Below, piece after piece: positions 10,832 to 23,109 of a stretch of 64,000 nucleotides of DNA. The DNA comes from Octopus vulgaris (Eukaryota): assembly GCA_951406725.2 (NCBI GenBank), contig OX597818.1:78616001-78680000 (forward strand), written 5' to 3'. Position 1 is the stretch's first letter. The number at the start of each line of letters is the position of its first letter. The position numbers were made by a program, and so were the translations under genes. The notes below the pieces were generated by a model. The model did no database searches and was not told the origin of the DNA. It worked only from the letters and a program-made list of their open reading frames with translations.

Positions 10832-13243
10832 TATGTACATACATATGTATGTATGCATGGCTGCATGTATGATTCTTTAGGGTTAATGAAAGAAGAGTAA
10901 GATCAGTTCCTGTGACATTATTGCAGGACGTCCAAGACTGGTGGAGTTGAGGAAGGAGGCATAAACCACAGTCTTGTGAGTTGTAGCAGAAAGCAGGACA
11001 TGAAATTATTGAGTTATCTTCTTCAGACTGTAGACTTGGCTTGAATATTTATTAGATAGTAGACTCTGTTAATGATACTCAATGGCCAGGTGGTTGTGTT
11101 AACTCTTTTGAGATGCCAACTTGCCTGTGATTGCTTTGGAATTATGTTACAAACTTCCCTGTTTTAAAGTCATCTAAATTAAAACTTCTTGTCAAAATTA
11201 CATTTTAATTTATGTTTCAAACACCAGCTTAATAATATCAAAGTCATTTTACTAAATTCCTCATTATTTTCAAACTTAATTGCAACCAATGCAGTGTATT
11301 TCAACAGAAATAATAATCATCACCATCATCCTTTAATATCCATTTTCCATGCTGGCACGGGCTGAACGCTGGACTGCTGCACCAGGTTCCAGTCTGATTA
11401 GGTTTGGTTTTGGTGACTTGCTGCCCTTCTCAATGCTGACCACTTTACAGTGTGTGCTGGGTGCTTTTAATGTGACACCAGCATGAGTGCTTTTTATGTG
11501 GCATAAGCACAAGGCTCTTGTAGGCCAATTCCCGTCACCAGGGAATGTGGCTTAACACATCTGCTGTGGAGGACAGGTCTTCTTGAGTATAACAAAAGGG
11601 TAAACTAAGCAGTAAATTATATTTGCCATTAATGGTTTTCTGTACAGGCATAGCTGTTTGGTAAGAAGATTACTTCTCAACCTCATGTTTTCAGGTTCGG
11701 TCCCATTGCATGGCACATTGGGCACGTGTGTATTTTACTTTAACCTGAAGCTGGCCAAAGCCTTGTGAGTAGATTTGGTAAATGGAAACTGAAAGAAGTC
11801 AGTTATTTATATATATATGTGCTTGAGTCTGTGCATGCATTTGTGTGAGGCTCCTTGTGTTGACATCACATGATTGTCATAAATAAATGTTATTCAATGT
11901 GCTGCAGAAACATGTTTGGTCATGGATAAATATTACTTAGCTTGGAAATAAGCAAGGGTGGGCAACAAGAAAAGCATCCTGCTGCCTCAATAAAACTCAG
12001 TCTGACCCATGCAAGCATTGGAAAGTGAACGTTAAAGTGATTATTATTATTATCATTGTTCTGTTCTGTGTCATTTGTGATCACTAAGAATCTTCGATCT
12101 AGTCTAATAATTTTTCTTTTGTTTACTATAAAATATATATATATATATATATATATCCAAACTGACACAGTCATTTTCCTGACTCTCTTGTATTCAGCTA
12201 TAAACACAAACCTGTTTCACTCTATATATAGATATTCAAATTTGTACACTTATTTATTCAATGACAAAATGAGTACAAACCATTAAAAGTAAAAGGAATA
12301 CAATGAACTTGCAGCTCTATGTGTTCTGGATCCCACTCAAAATTGCTGGCCTTCTGCCAGAATTGGAAACAGTTTTATTTGTTCCACCAAATGATTTTCC
12401 AAAAGATAATTTATCTAATCTACAATACTGTTTCTTCTGTTGTGAAAAAACAAAAATAGAATAAATTAGCTTTAGGAAGACATTCATTGACCTTTTATAA
12501 GCCTTTTATTCTTATGTTAAAACAATATTCCTGAATATTTAAAGTTTATTTATTTTAGATGTAGTTTTTCTTTAGTCATTATTAAGCTGGTGTTTGTAAC
12601 AAATTTACAAGATTTTGACTGAAGAAGGTTATAATTTAGACCACTTTGAAATGGGATGTTTTTGTCATAGAACCATGGGTGTGCTTTGACACGATGGTAT
12701 CAAAAGTGTTCATAGCTGTTACTATCACCATTTAAAGTCCATTTTCCATGCTAGCATGAGTTAGATATTTCAACCGATTCTGATGAACCCGAGGTTTGTC
12801 CAAGCTCCACTATTTCCTTTGGCATAGTTTCCATTGGTTGGCCTGTTCAACAGGATGTGGTGGGTCCGAGGACTGTAGTGTGTGCCAGTGTCTACTTTGT
12901 TATGCTTTCAACAGGTGGATGCCTTCCTTATGCCAATCACTTTTCAGAATGTACTTGGTGCTTTTTACATGGTATTGGCACAAGTGATGCACCAAGTAAC
13001 TCACAAGATGAGCCCTCAATTGATGTAGATAGTATTATTGAGGGAGGTGGCTTTGTGCCAGATGATGGTAGGCTAAAGTACAACAGAGGGACAGGAACAG
13101 GTGTCTTAATGGGGATAGCAGTTAATGTTCACGAACAAAAAAAAATAGATTAATGAAATTTTCCTGCATTATTTTGTTTTTTATTTATAAAAATACATGA
13201 TTATGTCTAAAGAAATATTTTTTATATTGCAATTTTAAACTAG

Positions 13244-13394
13244 ATTCTTAAAGTTTGAAGATTCTAAATACCAGACCCCACCTCACATATCACCATTAGA
13301 ACGAGCTGGAAAAACTGGTGACATTGTCTTAGTGGAGTCTGTTAAAACTGGCAGTTCTACAGTTGAAGCAACCCTCTTTGACCCAATATATAAA
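13244..13394 (+). CDS. NUP210: NUP210 exon: FLKFEDSKYQTPPHI...GDIVLVESVKTGSS...DPIYK
   Basis: aaactag|A...AAA|gtaagt; 151 nt. Confidence 0.94.
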
Positions 13395-14767
13395 GTAAGT
13401 TGTATTTTTGTTTAGTCTTTCCTCTTACAGTTTGTATTGTTTGTGTTTACTAACTCTTTGATTGATGTGAATGAGATTCGTAAAGAAAACTAGTTATAGT
13501 TATTCATCATCATCATTATCATCGTTTAATGTCTGTTTTCTGTGCTAGCCACGGGTTGGACGGTTTGACCGGGGTCTAGGAAGCCAGATGGCTGCACTAG
13601 GCTCCAGTCTGATCTGGCAGTGTTTCTATAGCTGGATGCCCTTCCTAACGCCAACCAGTCTGTGAGTGTAGTGGGTGCTTTTTATGTGCCACCAGCACAG
13701 GTGCCAGGGAAGGCTGGCAGCGGCCACGATCGGTTGGTGCTTTTTACGTGCCACCGGCACAGAAGCCAGTCAAGGCGGCACTGGCATCGGCCACGTTTGG
13801 ATGGTGCTTTTTACGTGCCACCGGCACAGGTATCACAACTGCTATTGGATTTGAAAAATAATTTTTTTGTCACATTTCTGGTCGTAGGTGTGACTCTGTA
13901 GATAAGAAACTTCCCAACCACATGGTTCCAGGTTCAGCACCACTGCGTGGCACCTTGGGCATGTGTCTTCTGCTATGGCTCCAGATCAACCAAAGCCTTA
14001 TTATATATATTGTTCTTTATGCAGTTTATGTATGTATTGTTTGTGTGTTGGAGTTTCTTTCAATAGTACTTATGTTGTGGACAAAGGAAAGACATGAATA
14101 GAGAAGGAATTCTTGAGGGCTGATGTTCTGGAAAGGAGGGATTGAATTTAGTGATCACTGTGGTACCTGCTTGGTTGCATAAGAGGAGGAAAAATAAGAC
14201 AGGAATGTCTTAGTGGAAGTGATATGATTACAGCCAGCTCAAAGGAACAGAGGTCATTATATTAGCTGTAGAAAAATGTAGAGATGAGACAGCATACCTG
14301 TGATCAGAGACTAGAGTGTGTTGGTAGTTGACTTTATACCAATCAGGCAGGTGACTTATTTCTTGACACCATCTTGGATGTTTGTGTATGCAGCAGCAGA
14401 AATATTCTAGATGTGAGAACAATACTCTATTGTTGGAGACTAGGGGCTCCCCTGAGCTTCCTATAATTGTTGGTGGTTGAAGTATTATTATTTGTAAGAT
14501 GGTGAGCTGGCAGAATTGTTAGTATGCCAGGCAAAATGCTTAGCAGCAGAATCATTAATGCATTGGACAAAATGCTTTGTGACATTTCTTCTGTCTCTTT
14601 AGGGGTCAAAGTAATCAGCTTGACCCTCTCTTCCAAATTGTTGTCCTTATGCCAGAATTAGAATATTATTTGTATTTGTTTTATTTGACTAGTTTTTTGA
14701 TTAATACTGTTTGTTAACTACCCTGAAACCATCCCATGTTCTATGATAAAAAATTCATGTTTGAGAA

Positions 14768-14900
14768 CAATGGTTCCTAACCTATGGTCTGTGGACCCCT
14801 GGTGGTCTGCAAAGTTAATATTGGGAATCTGTGAACATGTTAAGCTGACAGACCTTTCAATATCCTGGGGTCCTTGATAGCGAAAAGGTTGGGAACCACT
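14768..14900. mobile_element. hAT-like MITE nested in a family-P2 MITE
   Basis: TIR CAATGGTTCCTAACCT...AGGTTGGGAACCACT; imperfect TSD of about 8 bp (tttgagaa/tttagaa). Confidence 0.7.
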
Positions 14901-15777
14901 TTTAGAATGATCTCAACTAAAATCTTTAATATTTTTTATTAATCTATGTTCCAAACATTGGCTTGTTAATGTCAAAAATTATTTTACTAAATTCTTTGTT
15001 GCTTTCAAAATTAAATGGAAGCAAAGTGTTTCATCAAAAATATGGTAAAAAAATGTTAATAAGGATGTTATTATTTTACTAAATTCTTTATTTTCAAAAT
15101 TAATTGAAATAGAGACAGTGTGTTTCAGTAGAAATATGATAACAAAAGAATTACAATTTGTATGTGTTATTAAAAGAAATGCCAAAGGAATTGACTAATT
15201 TTCTCAATTTGTGGAAGTAATGTTTGAGTTTATCAGGCTATGAGTTGCTGGTAGTAAATGATGTAATGAAGAAAAAACACCTAATCTTTTTTCTCTAAAA
15301 TTCTTTACTATATTTTTGTTCTTGACAAGAGATTTTGCTATTTATTAACTTATGTACCCAGCCTCATTTTATAGTAGTTCTTTGGGTAGAGGTTGGGTAA
15401 AATTAGCTGCTATATAACTAGAACATGTGGTTATCCTCTTCCTTCCCTCCTCTTCATTATCATCATCATTTTAACATTTACTTTTCTATGCTTGCGTGGG
15501 TCAATTGGAATCCATTGAAGCAGTCCTTGTAAGACCAGAGGCCCTTCCCATTACCAACCCTTACCTGTTTCCAAGCAAGGTGATATTTCCCCATGACTGG
15601 ACATGTTTTCACAGAAGGCTAGAAATGAAGTACCTTTCTTGAGTGGTAACACTAGTTTATAACTATCTCATGATGTCAAGACAAGAAGACACTAACTCAC
15701 ACACACACACCACAGAATTCTTTCAGTTTCCATTTAACCAATCAACTCACAGGGTATGATCAAATTGGGACTATAAT

Positions 15778-15972
15778 CTTTTCTACTCTAGGCACAAGGC
15801 CCGGAATTTTGGGTGTGGGGAGGACAGTCGATTAGATCGACCCCAGTACACAACTGGTACTTAATTTATTGACCCCGAAAGGATGAAAGGTAAAGTCGAC
15901 CTCGGCGGAATTTGAACTCAGAATGTAAAGACGGACGAAATACCGCTAATGTTTCTGCCAGCTTGCCACCTT
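15778..15972 (-). mobile_element. Family-B tRNA SINE nested in a family-A SINE (other copies 28708-28920, 42360-42565, 35500-35670)
   Basis: GCCTTTCATCCTTTCGGGGTCGATAAAT..GTACCAG central domain; imperfect TSD aaattgggactataat/aaatttgggctatgat. Confidence 0.8.
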
Positions 15973-16210
15973 AAAATTTGGGCTATGATAGAAGACATTT
16001 GCTCATGTTGCTATGCAGTAGGACTGAACCTGAAACCACATGGTTGAGAAGGAAATTCATTAACCACACAGCCATGCATGCACCATATTATTTTATGAAT
16101 TTATTTTTGCCTTTTGTCTTATTCTTTTACTATATATTTTAATTTCAATATCACTGTTTTCCATAGTATTACATATATACCATTTGAAATTCTTTGTAAA
16201 TCTTTTCCAG

Positions 16211-16340
16211 AATGTTCCCCCGGCCACGGTGAGTTTGACGGTGATTGCCAACTTGATGATTAACCCTCCTAGTGTACACGTGTTGGTTCATGGCAAAGTC
16301 TTTTATAAACTGGAACAAATCAGGCAGAATGTCATTACTC
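16211..16340 (+). CDS. NUP210: NUP210 exon: NVPPATVSLTVIANLMINP...EQIRQNVIT
   Basis: ttttccag|AAT...C|gtaagt; 130 nt. Confidence 0.93.
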
Positions 16341-16484
16341 GTAAGTAACTTTTTATCCCACTTCCCATTCACTACATTCACTCTTCAGTCCTACCTCCCG
16401 TCTCCCATCTCTCACTCTCTCCCATACTCTCTGAAACACTCACCTACCTTGTAACATGGGAGGCCACCCTGACACCTTATCACC

Positions 16485-16520
<36 letters not shown>

Positions 16521-16521
<1 letters not shown>

Positions 16522-16856
16522 TGAGACCCCCTTCAGTCATGACTGACCATCGGATAGCACCTAGAAAGTTACCCTTCCAGGCACAAGTCCGGGCAAGGTT
16601 GTTTATGGAAGACCAGCAGTTGCCCATGCATACTGGCCTCTCCTCTCCACGCCACCAGTGTTATCCAAGGGAAAGGCAACGGCCGGTACAGCTTGGCACC
16701 TGTGACGTCGCAACTCATTTTTACAGCTGAGTGAACTGGGGCAACATGAAATAAAGTGTCTTGCTCAAGAACACAACACGCAGCCCAGTCCAGGATTCGA
16801 GCTCACAACCTCACGATCATAAGCTCGACGCTCTAACCACTGAGCCGTGCGCCTTC
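16521..16856 (-). mobile_element. tRNA-derived CORE-like SINE (family C)
   Basis: Head GGCTCAGTGGTTAGAGC...TCGAATCC followed by CTTGAGCAAGACACTT...CAGCTGTAAAAATG (CORE-domain-like). Confidence 0.78.
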
Positions 16857-16863
16857 ATAACCT

Positions 16864-16896
<33 letters not shown>

Positions 16897-16897
<1 letters not shown>

Positions 16898-17835
16898 CTA
16901 TATATAAACGGCAGTTTGTCTGTCTGTGTGTCTGTCAGGTTGTACCCTCACCCTGACCATGGCTTTCAACCGATTCTGATGAAACTTGACACACACGTAG
17001 CCCAATGTCATAATTCAAAACTAATGCAGTGAAAAGTTTGAAAAGTTCCCCCAGTTCTGAAAAAAAATCGATAAATTCGACATGGGGTCGAGAATCAGAA
17101 ACACAAACCACAGACTGTCTAGGGGACGCAACTCGACCTTTTTAACTCAACTCCATCAATATCCAGCTACTTGAAGCTATTCCTGGTGATGTCCACGTCT
17201 ACAAATCTATTGATAGGACAGCAAACCCCGCCGAGCTTGCCGATTATCCTGTTGAATTCCTGAATTCACTTGAACCACCAGGCCTGCCGCCACACATCCT
17301 GAAGTTAAAAGTCGGTGCGCCCATTATGCTCATCAGGAATTTGGTTCCACCTAAACAGTGCAACGGCACACGTCTGGTTGTGAAACATTTGCCACCACAT
17401 TTAATGACGGCCACAATACTTACCGGTTGTGGGAAAGGAGAGGACGTCTTCATTCCATGCATCCACCTTCAACCGTTGGGCGCTGACCTACCAATCCACT
17501 TCAGGCGTTCTCAGTTTCCTGTTAAACTCTGCTTCGCAATGTCCATCAATAAATCCCAAGGCCAAACGCTACAAGTCGCAGTTGGGCGAACAGTGCTTCG
17601 CCCACGGTCAACTCTACATGGGCTGTTCACGCGTTGGGAGGCGCAATGATGTTTTCATGTTTTCGCCCAAAGGGACAGCTAGGAACATCATATACACAGA
17701 AGTATTCGAGTGAAGAGAAGACATTGCAACCTACACATGTGCCTTCGTTCCCTAGAGGGAAAGGACTAGATTGGGATTAGTCGTTGCCTACTAGGGGCTC
17801 TTACATACCCGGGCAACGCCGGGCTATGCTGCTAG
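16897..17835 (+). mobile_element. Internally deleted Helitron carrying the PIF1-helicase C-terminus of RepHel
   Basis: A|TC...CTAG|T termini; subterminal hairpin CCCGGGCAACGCCGGG. Frame from about 17149: YPVEFLNSLEPPGLPPH.LKLKVGAPIMLIRNL...CNGTRL...QFPVKLCFAMSINKSQGQTL, then a frameshift to CFAHGQLYMGCSRVG. Confidence 0.93.
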
Positions 17836-18567
17836 TATATTATATTATATATATGTATGTATGTATAGATTATGAGAGGTAATGGTGTCAATAAGACCCA
17901 AAGGTGTCAGGTAATGCTGAGTAAGTGCTATGTATATGTATATTTTGTCACTTTCCTGCTCTACCTGACCATTTCCATCCTTCTAAAATGTGAGTAGCCA
18001 TGTTGCCTCTTTACACCAAAGAACCTGTTCTGTGGCCCCTTCTCTCATATTTTTACTTCACATCTTCAGGCATAAAGCTGTCCCTCGGAGTTGGTAGTCT
18101 TGCAAGCTCTATGGCGACTTCACTGTTGCTGGTGGCCTGCTAAATGCACTCATTACTTGTTGTGAAGTGGTTGGTGTTAGGAGGGGCATCAATTTGTAGA
18201 AACTGTGCAGATACTGAAGTACAATGTAGTCCTTAGATTTATTGGATGAAAGATCCAGCCCATGATAGCTAGCCATAGAACATGGACATTAAATGATGAT
18301 GGTGGTAATAACTACTTTCTTCACCATTGAAGATTTTGCACAATTTTGCACTGTTTTGCTCTATGTTTAATGTTAGAGTGGTACTCTCTGGAAGTCATCA
18401 TCATTTAACATCTGCTCTCCATGCTGGCATGGGTTAGACATGGAGCTGATGAGCCGGAGAGCTGCACTAGGTTCCAGTCTGATTTGGCATGGTTTCTACT
18501 GTTGGATGCCCTTCCTAACTCCAACCACCCCAGGAGTGTAATGAGTGCTTTTACATACCATTGACAT

Positions 18568-18915
18568 GGGTGTCATTTATATGACACTGGCAACAATCAT
18601 GACTATGATTTGTGGATGGATGCCATTTACATGGCATTAGTAGTGACCCACACATTTCATGGGTGTCATTTGCATGGCACCAGCAACGACTACAACCAAC
18701 GATCATGATTCCTGAGGTGCCAATTTACATGGTACCATTGATGGCCATGACTATGATGTACAGGTGTCATTTACATGGCACCAGCATCTGCCACGATGAT
18801 TCACAGGTGCCATTTACAATGGTACCATCAACGACCATAACTACGATGCATGGGTGTCATTAACTTGGCACCAGCAGCGAACAACCATGACACTCATGCA
18901 TAGGTGTCATTGGCA
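18568..18915. repeat. Minisatellite of 7-8 palindromic units (GGTGYCATTTACATGGYACC plus related spacer, period about 45-50 bp)
   Basis: Units at about 18568, 18617, 18661, 18715, 18762, 18805, 18852 and 18902, directly following an antisense RTE 3' UTR. Confidence 0.75.
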
Positions 18916-20454
18916 TTTAGGACTGTCAGCTTATCCTATTTCTGATAGGTTTCTCATAATGTATGATAATTCATGGACAGAGGAAGAAGACATCCATTCT
19001 ATATCAGTGTATAGTGTGTGTGTGTGTGTGTATGGCCTCACTGACATAGCTGTGTGGTTGAGAAGTTCACTTTCTAACCACATGGTTTGAAGTTCAGTTC
19101 TGCTGCATAACATATTAACATATTGAGCAAATGTTTTCTACTATAGTCCTGGACCAACCAAAGCCTTTCGAGTGAATTTGGTACATGGAAACTGAAAGAT
19201 GCTGGTCCTCTGTGTGTGTGTCCCGGTTCCGTCCGTACTACCAAGTATAGTGGTTGATTAACCACTATACTGGAAGCTGACTGGATAATGATTATGTGGA
19301 GCTCTAACTCATATACAGTAGTAGTTGTAAATCTAACTGGACACTCACTTTGTGTGTGTGTATACGTGTATGTGCACATGTATATCTATGCATGTATAAG
19401 TGTGTATATGTGTATACGTGTGTGTATGTATAAGTGATGTGTATATAGCTTTTATTTTTATCTTTTATTTGTTTCAGTCATTTGACTGCAACCATGCTGG
19501 GGCACTGCCTTGAACGGTTTTTAGTTGAACAAATTGACCCCAGGACTTATATCTTTTAAAGCCTGGTACTTATTCTATCGTTCTCTTTGGTCAAACTGCT
19601 AAGTTACAGGGATGCAAACACACCAACACTGGTTGTCAATCAGTGGTGGGGGACTAACAAACGCAAAGGCACACGCAGAGATATATCTTTTGATCTTTTA
19701 CTTGTTTCAGTGATTAGACTGCAGCCATGCTGGGGCACTGCCTTGAGTCTTTAGTTGAATGAGTCAACTTCAGGACTTATTTTTTTAAGCTTGATACTTA
19801 TCCTATTGGTCTCTTTTGCTGAACTGTTAAGTTATGGAGATGTAAACACACCAACACCAGTTGTCAAGCAGTGGTGGTTGGACAAATACAGATACAAAGT
19901 CACACACACACACGATGGGCTTCTTTCAGTTTCTGCCTACCAAATCCACTCAAAAGGCTTTGGTCAGCCTGAATTTATAGCTAAAGACACTTGCTCAATG
20001 TACCAGGCTTTAGAACTGAACCCAGAACCATGTGGTTGAGAAGCCAACCATGCCTGTGATTATATATATGTATATATAACTGAAAGAAACCTGTTGTATA
20101 TATATATGTATACAACAGGCTTCTTTCAGTTTCTGTCTACCAAATTCACTCACAAGGTGTTGGTTGGCTTCTGTCAACCAAATCCACTCATAAAAAAGAC
20201 ACTTGCCCAAGGTGCCATGCAGTAGGACTGAACCCAGAACTATGTTGTTGGGAGGCTTCTTACCACACAGCCATATCTGTTTGTGTGTGTGTCTATGTAT
20301 GTATGTCTATATGTACTTTATTAATGTCATAATATGACATTAATAAAAAAAAAAAAAGCTTTTAGTGCTGCTTGATAAATTATATTTTTCCACTTGACAT
20401 TCCTTTAATTTTTGGCATTCCAATGCAACTTTGTATTTCTGTTTTCTACTTCAG

Positions 20455-20583
20455 GAATTTATTTGCCTTCTCCACAATATTACATGGAAGTTGTCAAACC
20501 AGACATCTGTTCATTTAATCCGGAAACCTCAGAAGCTGAAGCAATTAGTTTTGGTTCCACTGAAATTGTTTTACGAGACCGAA
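20455..20583 (+). CDS. NUP210: NUP210 exon: IYLPSPQYYMEVV...GSTEIVLRDR (ends at U12-type donor)
   Basis: cttcag|GA...A|gtatcctttc; 129 nt. Confidence 0.92.
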
Positions 20584-20611
20584 GTATCCTTTCATATATT
20601 TATTTCATATA

Positions 20612-20890
20612 CGAGAATGGGCTGAAAAGTTAATAGGCTGACAATGAAGGAGTGATGCTAAAGCTGTGAAATCAGTCATACATTAATTTCAACCCTTCTT
20701 ATTAGTAACTCATTGTTTCTTTCCAGATAAACTGACATCTGACTGTTCAGAAAGACTTAAAAATTAGTAGTGACTTCTCTTGAAAATGGAAAAAATTTAG
20801 CATCATGATGTTAACAAGTACCTGCTGAAAACAGGTTTAGTCCCCAACAACATTCATGCTGACATGGTTGTTACATTAGGGGATGATACT
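20612..20890 (+). mobile_element. Mariner 5' fragment (TIR plus transposase N-terminus)
   Basis: TA|CGAGAATGGGCTGAAAAGTT; from 20786 MEKI*HHDVNKYLLKTGLVPNNIHADMVVTLGDD. Confidence 0.75.
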
Positions 20891-21359
20891 TGTATATATC
20901 TACCATTATTTAACATCTGTTTTCCATGCAGGTATGGGTTGGATCACTGGTGTGGGTTATACTTATAGGAGGGACGGTGGAAAAATTCCTGCTTTAAGAG
21001 TGTTGTGAAAGGCCTGGTTGGAGGCCCAACCTTCTGAATGCTTTTACAGGGCTTAGAAAACCAGAAGGACCGCTGCAATGAGTGTATGAATCTAATAGGG
21101 GAATCATCATCATCATAGTTTGACGTCTGCCATCCATGCTGGCATGGGTGGGACCTCATGTTGGATAAAATCATAATTAACTGATCCTCCTGTATTTTCT
21201 TTTACCTGAAGCCACGAACTTTTCAGCTCCCTGCTCTATATAATATGGAGTAACCATATATCTCTTCATGTTTGAGAAAATTTGGCAAATCTCCTACTTT
21301 CTGGTGGTTCCATTGTTTACTACCTAATCTCTCACATAACTATTTTATATAGTTTGTTA

Positions 21360-21560
21360 CTGCTCCCTCTTTCTTTCTAGTTTTTCCAGGCCTGTCTTTT
21401 AGCTTTTGTGGCTCTGTCTGCAGTACTATTCCACCACAAAGTTACTTTCTCTCTGACTGAGACACCCCAACCATAGATCTGGTCTGCATTCTTCAACAGT
21501 TGTCTTGTAAGGACTCCCAATTGTCTTCTATTATAAATCTCAGTACAAAAGGTGGGAAAC
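21360..21560 (-). mobile_element. Old RTE LINE internal fragment
   Basis: Minus strand reads KVTLWWNS..DRA..AKRQAWK. Confidence 0.6.
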
Positions 21561-23040
21561 TCAGTTTGACTCCTTTTATTGTATTATCCACTTTAGTTTA
21601 TTGATGTGTGTTATAGACACATCATTGTCTTTTAAAGTCTATGTTCCATTCTGGTATAGGATGAACAAATTGACAGGATCCAGTGGTTCTGAAGACACCA
21701 TCATGCACCAATGTCTGCTGCAAATTATATTTTAGTGAGGGACAGTCAGGCTTCTTTATATCCTCTGAATATAAAATGTTATATACCACTGAACATTACC
21801 TCAGTAAATTTAGCATCTTTGTAGACCCACTCTGATGTCTGTGTCACTGTTGGGGGGAAATTTGGATGCAATATTAATGTGATGCTGCTTCTGTATCTTC
21901 CGGATATCATGGGAACGACACAAGATGTATGTGTCATACATTTGTATACATATATATTGCTATTCATAACAGTATGTGTGTTTAGTATGTATATTATTTG
22001 TTGTGTATTGACGTTTCTTTCAGAGTTACTTGTGTTGTAGACAGACATAAAACAACAGGTCATTATCTATAGTAACGAAGCTTTCTATTAAAATTCCCAC
22101 TGTCCTAGAAATTAAACCTAATTACACCAAAGAGAACAACCTTAAGACCAACAAGAGAGTCCCTTTGTGGTCATTTGGTCTGTGATAAATAAGTTAAATT
22201 CCTTTGGAACTACACCTTATCATCTTAAAAAAGAAAATGGAAGAACACTTTAAATAATATAGTCTTAGGTACATTGTCTAAAACTAACATGAGTTGGTCA
22301 TGGCTGGAAAACATTGACCGGAGCTTACTGAGAATACACATTGTGTACAGTGTTCTTTCAAACTCAAGGAATGTACATTAAAGTGAAAAGTGATGTATAA
22401 TCTTGGATTTTGATATCTTGAGATTTGTATGGGAATGAAAATAGTGAAATATCTTTGAGTTCAAATTGCACTAAAGTTGAATTTGTCTTTTAGCATCTTT
22501 TTTTCTCCCTCACCCCTTTGTTACTCAAAGAGAATTTTTTCTGTTTTTTCCTTGTTTTGTAAGATACTTGGTAAACTCACTGGTGCCAGTGGCACAAAGA
22601 AAGCACCCAGTGCTCACTAAAATGGATGGCTTTACGACGGGTACCAAGCTGTAGAAACTATGCCAAAGCTGGTATTTAAGCTTGATGTGGCCCTTGGGGG
22701 GTCACTGGATCTTGTCAAGCTGTTCAACCCATGTCAGAATGGAAAATAGACATTAAATGATATATCAGTAATACACTGGAGTCAGTTGAATTCTTTGTAT
22801 TTTAATATTGGTAAAAATAGAAGAGTTATGTTTACTTGTGTGGATAGGTAGTTGTTGAGGTAAACCTATAGAGAGAAATATCCCTTAATGGGTGCTATTG
22901 GAATTTAGAATCTGAAGAAATGAACATAGGGACTAACATGAAATAAAATGGATTGGTAAACTCTGGTTAAGGTACTTTTGCAGCCAAAGAATTTCTTTGA
23001 TTATGAAGTGTGTTGTTATTTACCTTAAGAATGTTTCTAG

Positions 23041-23109
23041 ATATCCAAGACAGTGAACAGTCGTACCAACCTTCTGCTTTAATATATGTTGTTGAACCAG
23101 CTTACATAA
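23041..23109 (+). CDS. NUP210: NUP210 exon: IQDSEQSYQPSALIYVVEPAYI
   Basis: tttctag|AT...A|gtaagt; 69 nt; matches gp210 IYVVEPGYL. Confidence 0.93.

Larger units (their letters stand above)
20584..23040 (+). other. U12-type (minor spliceosome) GT-AG intron
   Basis: 5' splice site GTATCCTTT. Branch-site-like TTACCTTAAG at 23020-23029, about 12 nt before the AG. No polypyrimidine tract. Flanking exons join in frame. Confidence 0.9.

Noticed and set aside
17149-17713. Host PIF1 gene
   Set aside because: Intronless C-terminal fragment with a frameshift, bounded by Helitron termini.
18568-18915. CRISPR array
   Set aside because: Eukaryotic intron, no cas genes, degenerate repeats and mutually similar spacers; treated as a minisatellite.
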